In this document: piece after piece, positions 37,553-47,440 of the stretch
How positions within the stretch are numbered: the stretch's first letter is position 1
How the letters are laid out: each line of letters opens with the position of its first letter
Notes under the pieces: model-generated
The model's input: the letters and a program-made list of their open reading frames with translations, nothing else
What the model was told of the DNA's origin: nothing
The model's database searches: none
NCBI GenBank assembly: GCA_963668025.2
Contig: CAXXTH010000010.1
Coordinates: 256,001-320,000 of the forward strand
Direction: 5' to 3'
DNA: 64,000 bases
Source of the DNA: Candidatus Hydrogenedentota bacterium
GTDB taxonomy: Bacteria; Hydrogenedentota; Hydrogenedentia; Hydrogenedentales; SLHB01
Translations under genes and position numbers: made by a program

Positions 37553-38376
37553 TGCCCGAAACGCAGAAGACCGCACCCATATCCTCATCCTCGGCGGAGC
37601 ATGCTCGAGCGCATTCGTGCCGCCTGTTGGCAGCCGTACGCCTGATAGCGCTGGCGCTCAGCACCTTGGTGATCTACAGCGCTTTCCGCACGCATCTCGC
37701 CCTTACGCCCGAGGCTCGGCGTTTGCCCGTGGCCGCGCGATGGACCCGCCGCTGGTTCAGCGCGTTGCGCCTGATTATGGGAGTGCGCATCACCGTGCGG
37801 GGCCAGATTCCGCAGACAGGAACCTTCATTGCCCCGAATCATTTGGGATACATGGACATAGTGGCCCTGGGCTCGATTCTCGAGTGTTTTTTCGTAGGGC
37901 GCGCCGATATCGCCACCTGGCCGGTTATGGGCGCTCTCTTCACGTCATCACGGCATATCGGGGTGGCGCGCGAAGATAAGCGGGTGCTGGCTTCCGTAGT
38001 GGATGCCGTACGCCAGCGGCTCGAGGAACGCCAATCGGTTTGTGTCTTTCTTGAAGGAACCTCCTCGGGGGGAGAGTCCGTGCTGCCCTTCCGGCCCTCT
38101 CTGGCCCAAGCGGCGATTGGCGCGGAAGCGCCGGTGGTTCCAGTAGGCATGTGCTGGAGCGCGCGTGCGCCGCGCATTCAGATTTCCGAGGACGTGGCCT
38201 ATTGGAAAGACCACGTTTTTGGAAGCCATATCTGGCGCTTATTAGGCTTGCGCGGCATTCAGGCCGAGATCATATTCGGAGAGCCTCTAGACCCGCGAGG
38301 CCAAGACAGAAAATCCCTTGCCTGCGCCATACAAGCAGAAGTGGTTCGGCTGCGCATCGGGCATATCGCATATTAA
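37552..38376 (+). CDS. Lysophospholipid acyltransferase, OlsA-like
   Basis: NHLGYMD (HX4D), VFLEGTSS, LPFR; TAATG coupling to the olsB-like gene. Confidence 0.88.
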   Translation: MPETQKTAPISSSSAEHARAHSCRLLAAVRLIALALSTLVIYSAFRTHLALTPEARRLPVAARWTRRWFSALRLIMGVRITVRGQIPQTGTFIAPNHLGYMDIVALGSILECFFVGRADIATWPVMGALFTSSRHIGVAREDKRVLASVVDAVRQRLEERQSVCVFLEGTSSGGESVLPFRPSLAQAAIGAEAPVVPVGMCWSARAPRIQISEDVAYWKDHVFGSHIWRLLGLRGIQAEIIFGEPLDPRGQDRKSLACAIQAEVVRLRIGHIAY

Positions 38377-38390
38377 GGCCCTGGAACACG

Positions 38391-38909
38391 CTAGATTTTT
38401 GTAACAGCGCTGGCCTCTTTCGCAAAATCAATAGTTATGCGTTCCGTACCGGGAGTGAAAGCGGTATAAGAAACGCCCGCCATATCCAACATACGCCGCG
38501 CGGCGCGGCAACTGTCGGTGTCGTGGTATTTATCACTTAGGTAGATGATATGCGTGATGCCGCTCTGGATGATCAATTTGGCGCATTCATTACAAGGGAA
38601 CAGCGTCACATAAAGGCGGCAGCGCTGTAAGTCAGCGGCGTTTTTATTCATGATGGCGTTCAATTCCGCATGGCAGACATAGGGATATTTGGTGTCGCAT
38701 GCGTTTTCCGCTTCGCGCGCCCAAGGGAGCTGGTCGTCGCTGCAACCGCGAGGAAAACCGTTATATCCGATGCCTACGATTTTCTGCTCCGGATTGACGA
38801 TGCATGCGCCCACCTGCGAGTTGGGGTCTTTGCTGCGATGGGACGACAAAATGGCGATGCCCATGAAATAATCGTCCCATGAAATATAATCGGTTCGTTT
38901 TTGGGTCAT
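38391..38909 (-). CDS. dCMP deaminase
   Basis: [37 protein letters not shown]. Confidence 0.93.
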   Translation of the reverse strand: MTQKRTDYISWDDYFMGIAILSSHRSKDPNSQVGACIVNPEQKIVGIGYNGFPRGCSDDQLPWAREAENACDTKYPYVCHAELNAIMNKNAADLQRCRLYVTLFPCNECAKLIIQSGITHIIYLSDKYHDTDSCRAARRMLDMAGVSYTAFTPGTERITIDFAKEASAVTKI

Positions 38910-39070
38910 GCGTGGATACTCCTTATTATGAAAACCTGGCAGAGCATATCACAGTCTTCAATCGGGTGGAATACTCCCGAGTCGGCCAGGCAACATAGGC
39001 AAACTTGCGCCCATCGAACAGAGATGGGCCTGTTCGCGTTAATTCCACTCGAGAGGACGTTGCGCGGGAT

Positions 39071-39212
39071 GGCCGCAACCAAACGGCCCGTTTTTTTGAC
39101 CGCGAATAGACGCGAATGGACGCGAATGAACGCCAATAGATTATGCTCCTTGTTTTTACTCCCGCAGCATGGGCGTCTCAGCCAAGCGCATGGGCGGGAC
39201 GCATATGCTACG
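39071..39212 (+). repeat. Composite dispersed repeat, copy 2
   Basis: ggccgcaaccaaa..tttttgac plus four 10-nt units (cgcgaataga/cgcgaatgga/cgcgaatgaa/cgccaataga), followed by a family-B REP doublet. Confidence 0.8.
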
Positions 39213-39329
39213 GATAGCAGAAAATAAAACGAGCACGCATTTCATCATCCAGTACGATTTGAGGTGAATTTCGTTGTTTGATTGTCTCTTCAGGGGGGTC
39301 TATAATCTTTCCTTCTATGGAGGCGAAAT

Positions 39330-40355
39330 ATGATCCAGATAGGGATAGTTGGAGCGACGGGCTACGGCGGCCGGGAATTGGTCCGGTTGCTGCTCGCGCA
39401 TCCAGAAGTAGAGCTGGTGGAAATAGCGTCCACGAGCGCTCCGGGCAAGCGCCTGGGTGAGGTGCTGCCTGCGTTTCGGGGCATGACGGACTTGGTGTTC
39501 GAGCCTTTTGACGCCCAGCGCCTGGCGGAACGGTGCGACGCTGTATTTATTGGCGTCCCGAGCACGGAATCCATGGAACTGGGCAAGGCCCTGCACTTAG
39601 CAGGCGCGCGGGTGCTCGATATCGGCGCGGATTTCCGCTTGAAAGATCCCGCGTTATACTCGCGGTACTATAAAAAAGAACATACGGCCACGGAGCTTTT
39701 GGATGAAGCCGTCTATGGGCTTGTGCCGGTCTATCGGGATGAGATCAGCCGTGCGCGCCTGGTGGCGGTGCCGGGATGTTATCCCATCAGCGTGATTTTA
39801 CCGTTATGGCCGCTGGTGGACCATCTGGACGGGTCTATTCCCGTGGTGATCGACAGTATATCCGGCATTTCGGGAGCGGGCCGAAGCCTTAGCGAAGCGT
39901 TCCACTTCCCGGAGATGAACGAGAATCTGAAGGCGTACAAGCTGGCGGCGCATCAGCATGTGCCCGAGATCGAGCAGGAACTGGACAACAAGGTGATGGT
40001 GCAGTTCACGCCGCATGTAGCGCCGCTGACGCGGGGTATTTTGAGCACGATCACGGTGCGGCTTCCGGATGAACTGCGCAAGCCGGGAGCCGTGGCCGAG
40101 TGTTATCGCTGCTATGGCGACGAGCCGTATATTCGTGTGCTGGGCGAAGGCAGCCTGCCCGAAGTGAAATGGGTGCGCGGGTCGAATTATTGCGATTTTG
40201 GCTGGGTGGCGGATGAACGGACCGGTAATCTAGTCATTGTCAGCGCCATCGACAATTTGATGGGCGGCACGGCGGGCATGGCGCTCCAGTGTCTGAATCT
40301 TATGTTTAAGCTCGAAGAAACCACGGGCTTGCGGTTTGGAGGTATGGCCCCATGA
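39330..40355 (+). CDS. argC: N-acetyl-gamma-glutamyl-phosphate reductase
   Basis: GATGYGG, ADFRL, PGCYP, SGISGAG, HQHVPEI, FTPH, AIDNL. Confidence 0.95.
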   Translation: MIQIGIVGATGYGGRELVRLLLAHPEVELVEIASTSAPGKRLGEVLPAFRGMTDLVFEPFDAQRLAERCDAVFIGVPSTESMELGKALHLAGARVLDIGADFRLKDPALYSRYYKKEHTATELLDEAVYGLVPVYRDEISRARLVAVPGCYPISVILPLWPLVDHLDGSIPVVIDSISGISGAGRSLSEAFHFPEMNENLKAYKLAAHQHVPEIEQELDNKVMVQFTPHVAPLTRGILSTITVRLPDELRKPGAVAECYRCYGDEPYIRVLGEGSLPEVKWVRGSNYCDFGWVADERTGNLVIVSAIDNLMGGTAGMALQCLNLMFKLEETTGLRFGGMAP

Positions 40356-41557
40356 AGTCCATTAGCGGGGGCGTCACCGCTCCACGGGGATTCCGGGCAG
40401 CGGGTTTTGCCGCACATATTAAATTAAAGAGCACGAAGAAGGATTGCGCGCTCGTGGTGAGCGATTCTGCCGCGTCCGTGGCGGGCATGTTCACCACAAA
40501 TATATTCAAAGCGCCACCGGTGATGTGGACAGAGCAGATGTGCCAGCGGGGTGCAAGCCGGGGCGTGTTCATCAATAGCGGAAACGCCAACGCATGCACC
40601 GGCGAAGAAGGTTTGGCCGATGTGGCGGAGACAGCGCGCCTGGCGGCGCTGGCGATAGGCGCAACAGCCGAGGGAATCGGCGTGCTGAGCACCGGAGTGA
40701 TAGGCGTGCGGCTGCCCATGGCCCGCATTCAGGCCGGCGTGGAAGCATGCGCGGCGGCATTGTCCGTACCAGGCGGAAAAGACGCCGCCGAAGCCATCAT
40801 GACCACGGACACCGTCCCGAAGGAAATCGCTATTGAAATTTCCTTGGGAAATGGAACGGTCCGGCTGGGAGCGATGGCGAAGGGTTCAGGCATGATTTGT
40901 CCGAACATGGCGACCATGATTTGCGTGATCACGACGGATGCGGCTGTTGAACCTGCCGCATTATCCATGGCCCTTCGTGGCGCGGTGGGCATGTCGATTA
41001 ACCGCATCTGCGTCGATAATGACATGAGCACGAGCGACTGCGTATTGTGCCTTGCCAACGGGGCATCGGGGCTCCCCGCGCTCGAACCGGGAACGGAGGC
41101 GTTCGCCGCGTTCCAGCAGGCGTTGAACCAGCTTTGCCAGGACATGGCGAAGGCGCTGGTGCGCGATGGCGAAGGAGCAACGAAGCTGGTGGAGATCCGC
41201 GTATCGGGCGCGGCCAGCGATGAGGATGCGTCGCGCATCGCCCGTGCGGTGGGGCAATCCCAATTATGCAAGACCGCATTTTACGGGGAAGACCCGAACT
41301 GGGGCCGGATTGCCTGCGCGGCGGGATATGCCGGAGTGGCGTTTGAGCCTAGCGCCTTGTCGATTTGGCTCGATGAGGTGCAAGTGGCCCAGGCAGGCCG
41401 GCCAACGGCCTATGAAGAAGAAGCGGCGGCAGCCGTCATGAAGCAACGGGAATTTGCCATTCGGCTCACGGTGGGGGGCGGGTCCGGCGAGTCGGTGTTT
41501 TGGACATCTGATTTAAGCGTGGATTACGTTCACATCAACGCCGATTACCGGTCTTAA
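40352..41557 (+). CDS. argJ: Bifunctional ornithine acetyltransferase/N-acetylglutamate synthase
   Basis: NSGNANACTG, STGVIG, IMTTDT, KGSGMICPNMATM, DGEGATK, DPNWGRI, YVHINADYRS. Confidence 0.96.
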   Translation: MKSISGGVTAPRGFRAAGFAAHIKLKSTKKDCALVVSDSAASVAGMFTTNIFKAPPVMWTEQMCQRGASRGVFINSGNANACTGEEGLADVAETARLAALAIGATAEGIGVLSTGVIGVRLPMARIQAGVEACAAALSVPGGKDAAEAIMTTDTVPKEIAIEISLGNGTVRLGAMAKGSGMICPNMATMICVITTDAAVEPAALSMALRGAVGMSINRICVDNDMSTSDCVLCLANGASGLPALEPGTEAFAAFQQALNQLCQDMAKALVRDGEGATKLVEIRVSGAASDEDASRIARAVGQSQLCKTAFYGEDPNWGRIACAAGYAGVAFEPSALSIWLDEVQVAQAGRPTAYEEEAAAAVMKQREFAIRLTVGGGSGESVFWTSDLSVDYVHINADYRS

Positions 41558-41581
41558 CGGATCGGAATAACGAGGAGACTC

Positions 41582-42469
41582 ATGCCAAAATCAGCCATAC
41601 TCGCCATGGAGCAGTATATCCAGAAGGCCGCTGTCCTGGTGGAAGCGCTGCCGTATATCCGGGATTTTGAAGGCAAGACCGTCGTCATCAAATATGGCGG
41701 AGCGGCCATGGAAGACCCGACCTTGCGGCGAAGTACGGCGGAAGACATTGTCCTCATGCGGTATGTCGGCATGAATCCCGTGGTGGTGCATGGAGGCGGG
41801 CCGGAGATCAACCGGCGGCTTCAACAGCTCAACATTGAAGCCAAATTCCATAACGGCCTGCGCATTACGGACGCCGACACCATTTCCGTCGTCGAGATGG
41901 TCTTGGCGGGCACCATAAATAAAGACATCGTCAGCCTTATCAATGCCTGCGGCGGAACGGCGGTGGGCATTTCCGGCAAGGATGGAAACTTGCTGCACGC
42001 GCAAAAAATACAAATGGAAGACGGCGCGGATATCGGCCAGGTAGGTGAAATTGTCGCCTGCCACTACCACATTGTTTCCGTGTTATGCAACGCGGGGATG
42101 ATCCCGGTGATCGCCCCGCTGGCCACTGATCCGCGCGGGGGCACGTGGAATGTGAATGCAGACACGGCGGCGGGAGAGATCGCGGCCGCCATCTCGGCGG
42201 AGAAACTGGTGTTTCTCACCGATACGCCGGGCATATTGCGCGATCAGGAAGACCAAAGCACGCTTATTCACCACTTGAATTACCGGGAAATTAAAGAGCT
42301 GACCGCCCGGAAGATCATTCGGGGCGGGATGATGCCTAAAGTGGAGGCATGCCTCAAGGCCCTTGACTATGGCGTGTCAAAAGCCCATATCATTGATGGC
42401 CGCGTGCCCCATGCCTTGCTTCTGGAGATATTCACGGACCAGGGGCTCGGGACATTGATCACCGTATAA
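41582..42469 (+). CDS. argB: Acetylglutamate kinase
   Basis: EALPYI, VIKYGG, VHGGGP, GLRITD, NVNADT, GGMMPKV; start may be 41606. Confidence 0.96.
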   Translation: MPKSAILAMEQYIQKAAVLVEALPYIRDFEGKTVVIKYGGAAMEDPTLRRSTAEDIVLMRYVGMNPVVVHGGGPEINRRLQQLNIEAKFHNGLRITDADTISVVEMVLAGTINKDIVSLINACGGTAVGISGKDGNLLHAQKIQMEDGADIGQVGEIVACHYHIVSVLCNAGMIPVIAPLATDPRGGTWNVNADTAAGEIAAAISAEKLVFLTDTPGILRDQEDQSTLIHHLNYREIKELTARKIIRGGMMPKVEACLKALDYGVSKAHIIDGRVPHALLLEIFTDQGLGTLITV

Positions 42470-42521
42470 ACGCATTGGCGAAAGCCGGACGGCTGGAAAG
42501 CAAATAAGGAGACAAGCATTC

Positions 42522-43175
42522 ATGGGTGCTTTAGCACGCCATTTCTCTGAATGGTATGATTTTTTGTGGGCAGGCGGCATTTTTATGTGGCCGATTTTCC
42601 TGTGCTCGATAGTCGCGCTGTCGATTGCCATCGAGCGGTTTTATTCATTGCGCCGCGCCACGATTGATACGCGGGAATTTATGGACGCCATGCGCACGGT
42701 GCTGCGCCAAAACCGCATCCAGGAAGCCATCGCCATTTGTGATGAAACCGATGGCCCTATTGCACGTATTGTAAAAGCAGGCATTTTAAAGCATCGCAAA
42801 AGCAAGGAAGATATCCGGGAGGCCATCGAGGACGCGGGGCATTTCGAGATACCCCGGCTGGAGCGGTATCTGTCCGGGATGGCTACTTGCGCGAATATAG
42901 CCCCTCTCTTAGGCTTGCTGGGCACGGTGCAAGGTATGATCAAGTGCTTTGCGGCGATTCAACACAAGCAAGGCCAGGTCAATCCTTCCGATTTGGCGGA
43001 AGGTATTGGAAACGCGCTTATTACCACGGCCGCGGGATTGGTGGTGGCCATTCCCACGCTGGTGGTGTACAACTACTTTGTCTCACGCATAGAAAACATG
43101 GTTGTCGAGATGGAGATTAGTTCGTCGGAGCTTGTAGAGCTACTGACGCGAAACCGTGGCGAGAGTGAGATATAG
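42522..43175 (+). CDS. MotA/TolQ/ExbB proton channel protein
   Basis: APLLGLLGTVQGMI, GIGNALITTAAGLVVAIP. Confidence 0.92.
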   Translation: MGALARHFSEWYDFLWAGGIFMWPIFLCSIVALSIAIERFYSLRRATIDTREFMDAMRTVLRQNRIQEAIAICDETDGPIARIVKAGILKHRKSKEDIREAIEDAGHFEIPRLERYLSGMATCANIAPLLGLLGTVQGMIKCFAAIQHKQGQVNPSDLAEGIGNALITTAAGLVVAIPTLVVYNYFVSRIENMVVEMEISSSELVELLTRNRGESEI

Positions 43176-43193
43176 GCAGGTGGCCCAGCGCAT

Positions 43194-43646
43194 ATGAAAT
43201 TCCGTCAAACAAACGATGGCAAGCGCAAGATCCGGGCGAGCCTTGATATGACACCACTCATTGACGTGGTGTTCCAGCTTATTTTGTTCTTCATGCTGTC
43301 CAGTACTTTCGTCGTGCAAAATTCGATTCAAATCGAGATGCCCAAAGCGGACGGCACGCAGACGCTTGAAACAAACGACATGTCACTGACGCTTGCCTTT
43401 GGAGAAGGCGGCCCGGATAATAGCGGCATGATCTATTTTGGGAAAGAAAACGAAGAGATCTATACCTGGGAACAACTGACGCAGCGCTTATCGGAAGAAG
43501 GCGCGAAGCGCAAAGAACCGGTATTGACCATCCGTTCGGATGGGCGTGCGCAGGTGGAGCGTATTGTGCGCGTCTGGGGCATTGCCACGAGTGTGGGAAT
43601 CACTCGATTTGGCATTGCAGCACAGCCTCTCGATAACGAGGAGTAG
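43194..43646 (+). CDS. ExbD/TolR biopolymer transport protein
   Basis: LDMTPLIDVVFQLILFFM; C-terminal IRSD. Confidence 0.92.
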   Translation: MKFRQTNDGKRKIRASLDMTPLIDVVFQLILFFMLSSTFVVQNSIQIEMPKADGTQTLETNDMSLTLAFGEGGPDNSGMIYFGKENEEIYTWEQLTQRLSEEGAKRKEPVLTIRSDGRAQVERIVRVWGIATSVGITRFGIAAQPLDNEE

Positions 43647-43650
43647 GGCT

Positions 43651-44496
43651 GTGCCTGGCCACAACCGAGCCTTTACGGTGGCGGTAGGCATCTCGGTGGC
43701 GTTTCATCTTTCAATGGTGACCTTCTTTTCCATCGGCGTTCGTTTCGAGATAAATACTCCTCGCTATTTTCGGTTTGACATCGTGAAAACGCCGCAGGCG
43801 CGGCCAGCGGCGGAAACGCCCGATTCCGCCCGGCTTCGAGCGCCCAGCATCGAAGATGGAGCCAATGTTTTCAACAGCAATTCCGCCCAGCATGAGCTTT
43901 CGGATAGTTTGGACATTGGAGTGGACATGCCACGGCTGCACGAGCCGCCCGAAGTGCTCCTGCCCACGCTCGAATTCGACAATCTCGAACGGCTGAGATT
44001 ACGCGAGCAAAGCATCGCCGCAAGCAACCGGACGCTGGAATCGTTCGACAACCTGCCCAATGATAGCTGGGCCCAGTTCGGACGGGAGCTCGAGCAATTC
44101 CGCCGGGCCACCTTGGGGCGGCTGCCATTTCTTGGTGAAGAATCTCCCGTAGAAGAGCCTTCCCCTCAGCGCGTGAGCGTTCCAGCGGAGGGATTCGAGG
44201 TCTATATCGAGTGGATGTCGGAGCCATTCGAACGCCAGTTGCTCTTTTCCTTGCCCATTGAAGCCCTATGGCGCATTGATCCCCGAACGCTTCAAAAGCC
44301 GATATCGTTTACCTTCCGCGCAGGCCCTGATGGGCGTGTGCGTGAGGTGCTGCAAGGCGCCTTGATCGAGGATGAAGATTTGGCGGCCAGTGTGCTTAAG
44401 GCCTTGCTCCATTACCGGTTCGCACCGCTTCCCGAAGGGCAGTCGCAAGATCAGCAAGGCACGCTGCTCATAACAGCAGCAAGGCGGGCGCCATGA
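43651..44496 (+). CDS. Putative TonB/TolA-like energy transducer
   Basis: N-terminal TM with SVAFH (TonB-type SxxxH); C-terminal F....DGRV..V...YRFAP; follows exbBD. Confidence 0.6.
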   Translation: MPGHNRAFTVAVGISVAFHLSMVTFFSIGVRFEINTPRYFRFDIVKTPQARPAAETPDSARLRAPSIEDGANVFNSNSAQHELSDSLDIGVDMPRLHEPPEVLLPTLEFDNLERLRLREQSIAASNRTLESFDNLPNDSWAQFGRELEQFRRATLGRLPFLGEESPVEEPSPQRVSVPAEGFEVYIEWMSEPFERQLLFSLPIEALWRIDPRTLQKPISFTFRAGPDGRVREVLQGALIEDEDLAASVLKALLHYRFAPLPEGQSQDQQGTLLITAARRAP

Positions 44497-44876
44497 TTGA
44501 ACTCGATATCCGCACCGCCTTTCTCCTTTACTCCGCCGCTTTAGGCGTATTAGTGCTGTTCATTTGGATATACACCGAAATCTCCGTCCACCGTCCTCAA
44601 CGCTATTTAGGCAAACAGTTTTTATGGCGCTGCATTATCTGCGGATATATCTATCTAGATGAAGAAGGGGAATTATATTCCGAATGCCCCCGATGCGGCA
44701 GTATTAACTCGGAAGAAGATAAGGCCGCCCGTTTTGTGCCCCAAAGCCCGGCGGCCCGGGAATTAGCGCGCAAAACTGCCGCGCAACCTCATCCCGAAGA
44801 CAACCAGGAGAAACGGCGTAATCCTTCGCAACGAAAACGCCCAAACCAGCGTCGTCGCGGGCCCCGCCGCCATTGA
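44493..44876 (+). CDS. Membrane-anchored zinc-ribbon protein
   Basis: TM helix, CIIC-x12-CPRC, basic tail; ATGA overlap with the upstream gene. Confidence 0.7.
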   Translation: MIELDIRTAFLLYSAALGVLVLFIWIYTEISVHRPQRYLGKQFLWRCIICGYIYLDEEGELYSECPRCGSINSEEDKAARFVPQSPAARELARKTAAQPHPEDNQEKRRNPSQRKRPNQRRRGPRRH

Positions 44877-44902
44877 CTCATCTGGGGCAAAAGGCCGATG
44901 GG

Positions 44903-45784
44903 TTAGCCCGAAGTAAATCCGGATAAAGTGGTGAACGATACCCCTTCGCTTCTCATGACGCCAATAAACGCATCAAGGGCGGCGCACATCGGCGTCCCCG
45001 TGCGCTCATACATGAACGGCTTGAACGCCACGGAGGCTTCATCCGTCTCGATACGAGCGGGCATTTCCACAAATTCCCAGGGGTGAAGATATAGGCAGAG
45101 GACCGCGCCGCCATGGGGCGTTTCAGCATGGGGAAACATACGGCGGCACAATGCGGCAAAAGCTTCCGCGCCTTCCATGCGCAATCGGGGCCATTGATCG
45201 CGTTTCCGGCAAATCTCGCCCTCGCTAGGATCATCCAAATCATACATCGGCGGAATCTCGAGAATGTTCAATTCGCCAGGCTGGGTCCAGTCGTATTCAG
45301 AGGGGTGATAAGGGCGCAGGCCTTTGCCGATAGCGTAAGCCGGCAAAGAAGAATCCACCACATACCCTAATTCATCGAGCACGCGAAGGACACGGGTAGA
45401 GCCGAACATCCGGGGAGCTCGAAAAGAACGGGGGCGGACGCCGGATGCGGCTTCCACTACGCGCGTGGCTATCTCGATGCGGCCCCGGACTTCCTCCTCA
45501 AGCACCGGGCTTTCGCCCGGCATGCTAAACACTTCCGCCCCCAAGGCTTCATGCTGCATGCCGTGGCATCCAATCTCGTGTCCGCCGCCGGACAACACCC
45601 GTTCTATCGTGGCGCGATGGGATAGGGCCTCGCGCCCCGTGAACAGAAAAGTGGCGGGACAGGAATGGCTTTGCAAAATATGAAGAATCTCGGAAGCGCC
45701 TTTCTCCAATCCCCGGGTTTCCCTGGTCCAGGAGCCAAAATCGGCTTCCATGTCGAAGCTTAGTATGATGGTTTTGCTGCTCAT
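44903..45784 (-). CDS. Polysaccharide deacetylase (CE4/NodB fold)
   Basis: LSFDME, ATFLFTG, HEIGCHG..H, FRAP, YLHPWEF. Confidence 0.88.
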   Translation of the reverse strand: MSSKTIILSFDMEADFGSWTRETRGLEKGASEILHILQSHSCPATFLFTGREALSHRATIERVLSGGGHEIGCHGMQHEALGAEVFSMPGESPVLEEEVRGRIEIATRVVEAASGVRPRSFRAPRMFGSTRVLRVLDELGYVVDSSLPAYAIGKGLRPYHPSEYDWTQPGELNILEIPPMYDLDDPSEGEICRKRDQWPRLRMEGAEAFAALCRRMFPHAETPHGGAVLCLYLHPWEFVEMPARIETDEASVAFKPFMYERTGTPMCAALDAFIGVMRSEGVSFTTLSGFTSG

Positions 45785-45941
45785 AAAAGCTTTCTTTTAC
45801 TTCTGTACATCACCATGGATGGCGAACCGTGCACACATGCGGTGCGAAGAATAGCTTACCCATGCCTATAAGGTCTAGCTGGCGAATGGCGGCGATTTAT
45901 GAAATGATACATTAGTGTCCCACATACACGCCAATCCGCAA

Positions 45942-46433
45942 TTAAGACTCCAGCAGCCTCCGCTGCGGGGCGGCGTGCAGATGGCAAATAGCCAGGGCCA
46001 GGGCGTCGGCGGCGTCATCAGGGCGGGGGATGGCGTCCAGATTTAAGAGAATGCGAACCATTTCCTGCACCTGGTTTTTGACGGCTTTGCCGTAGCCTAC
46101 GATGGCGTTTTTCATCTCGAGTGGGGTATATTCACCGATGGGAAGATGCGCCTGCGCGGCGGCCAGGGCGATGACACCCCGCGCTTGCGCCACGGCAATG
46201 CCGGTCGTGACATTTTGCGAGAAATACAGCTTTTCTATAGAGACTTCGTTGGGGGCATATTGCATCAACAGCGCCGCCGTTTCTTGGTGAATCATCAATA
46301 GCCGCTCCGCGAAGGGGAGGCCCGCTGGCGTTGAGATGACACCATGGGCCAGGTAGTTCAAACGAGAACCCCGGCTCTCCACTACGCCATACCCGGTAGT
46401 GGCCGTGCCGGGGTCAAATCCCACAACGCGCAC
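45942..46433 (-). CDS. ruvC: Holliday junction resolvase
   Basis: GFDPG...TGYGV, IEKLYF, QARGVI, GYGKA.K.QV, PDDAADALALAICH. Confidence 0.96.
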   Translation of the reverse strand: MRVVGFDPGTATTGYGVVESRGSRLNYLAHGVISTPAGLPFAERLLMIHQETAALLMQYAPNEVSIEKLYFSQNVTTGIAVAQARGVIALAAAQAHLPIGEYTPLEMKNAIVGYGKAVKNQVQEMVRILLNLDAIPRPDDAADALALAICHLHAAPQRRLLES

Positions 46434-46434
46434 G

Positions 46435-47187
46435 TTATTCCTCCATCAGCGCGGCCATTTCCTCTTCGGCGATGTCGAAATTCGAGTAGACGTTCTGCAC
46501 GTCATCGTTGTCTTCCAACGCTTCCATGAGGCGCAATACGGTGCCTGCGTCCTTGCCTGTAAGCTGGAGGGTCGTCTTGGGGGCCATGGTGAGCTGGACT
46601 TCTTCGGCTTGCATGCCCATGCCCGCAAGGGCTGTCGAGACGGCATGCAGATCTTGCGGGCCCGTGGTGATCACGCATAAGTCACCGCTCGGGTCCACAT
46701 CTTCCGCGCCCGCTTCGATGGCCTTCTCGAATAATTCGTCATCGGACAGGCCGCCTTTAGGCACGGCGATCTGGCCTTTCTGCTCGAAATTCCACGTCAC
46801 GGCGCCGCTCTCCGCCATGCTGCCGCCATGTTTCACGAGGATATGTCGAATTTCCGCCACAACCCGGTTTTTATTATCGGTCAGCACATCCACGATGACC
46901 GCGACGCCGCCCGGGCCATAGCCTTCGTAGCGGATTTCATCATAAGATACGCCGGGAAGCTCACCCGTGCCCTTCTTGATAGCACGGTCCACATTATCTT
47001 TGGGCATGTTCTGCGAGCGCGCCGCCAGAAGAACGGTCCGCAAACGCGGATTCATTTCCGGATCGCCGCCGCCGAGCTTCGCTGCTACCGTGATTTCTTT
47101 GGCAAGCTTCGAGAAAACCTTGCCCCGCTTGGCGTCGAGCGCGCCCTTTTTACGTTTGATGGTGCTCCACTTGGAATGACCCGACAT
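46435..47187 (-). CDS. yebC: YebC/PmpR family protein
   Basis: MSGHSKWSTIKRKK, YEGYGPGG, TDNKNR, DDVQNVYSN; upstream of ruvC. Confidence 0.95.
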   Translation of the reverse strand: MSGHSKWSTIKRKKGALDAKRGKVFSKLAKEITVAAKLGGGDPEMNPRLRTVLLAARSQNMPKDNVDRAIKKGTGELPGVSYDEIRYEGYGPGGVAVIVDVLTDNKNRVVAEIRHILVKHGGSMAESGAVTWNFEQKGQIAVPKGGLSDDELFEKAIEAGAEDVDPSGDLCVITTGPQDLHAVSTALAGMGMQAEEVQLTMAPKTTLQLTGKDAGTVLRLMEALEDNDDVQNVYSNFDIAEEEMAALMEE

Positions 47188-47440
47188 GGTGTGTGTTTCT
47201 CCCTGTTTCCGCACTGATTTCGCGCCATCTTGAGGCAGGAAATATTATATCACAAGCCCCCAGCGTCTCCGCAATCCATTACTTGCGGCCTAAAGAGATA
47301 CGGTTGCTTTTCATACGTTTTCCTCGCTTAAGATATGGAGGCATGCATCCAGATTCCTTTTCAAGATGCCCTTCGGAATGCCGCTATGGTATTCTCGATG
47401 CTGCTGGATACCGATTTGAAGTAAAGGGAGCATCGCGAAT

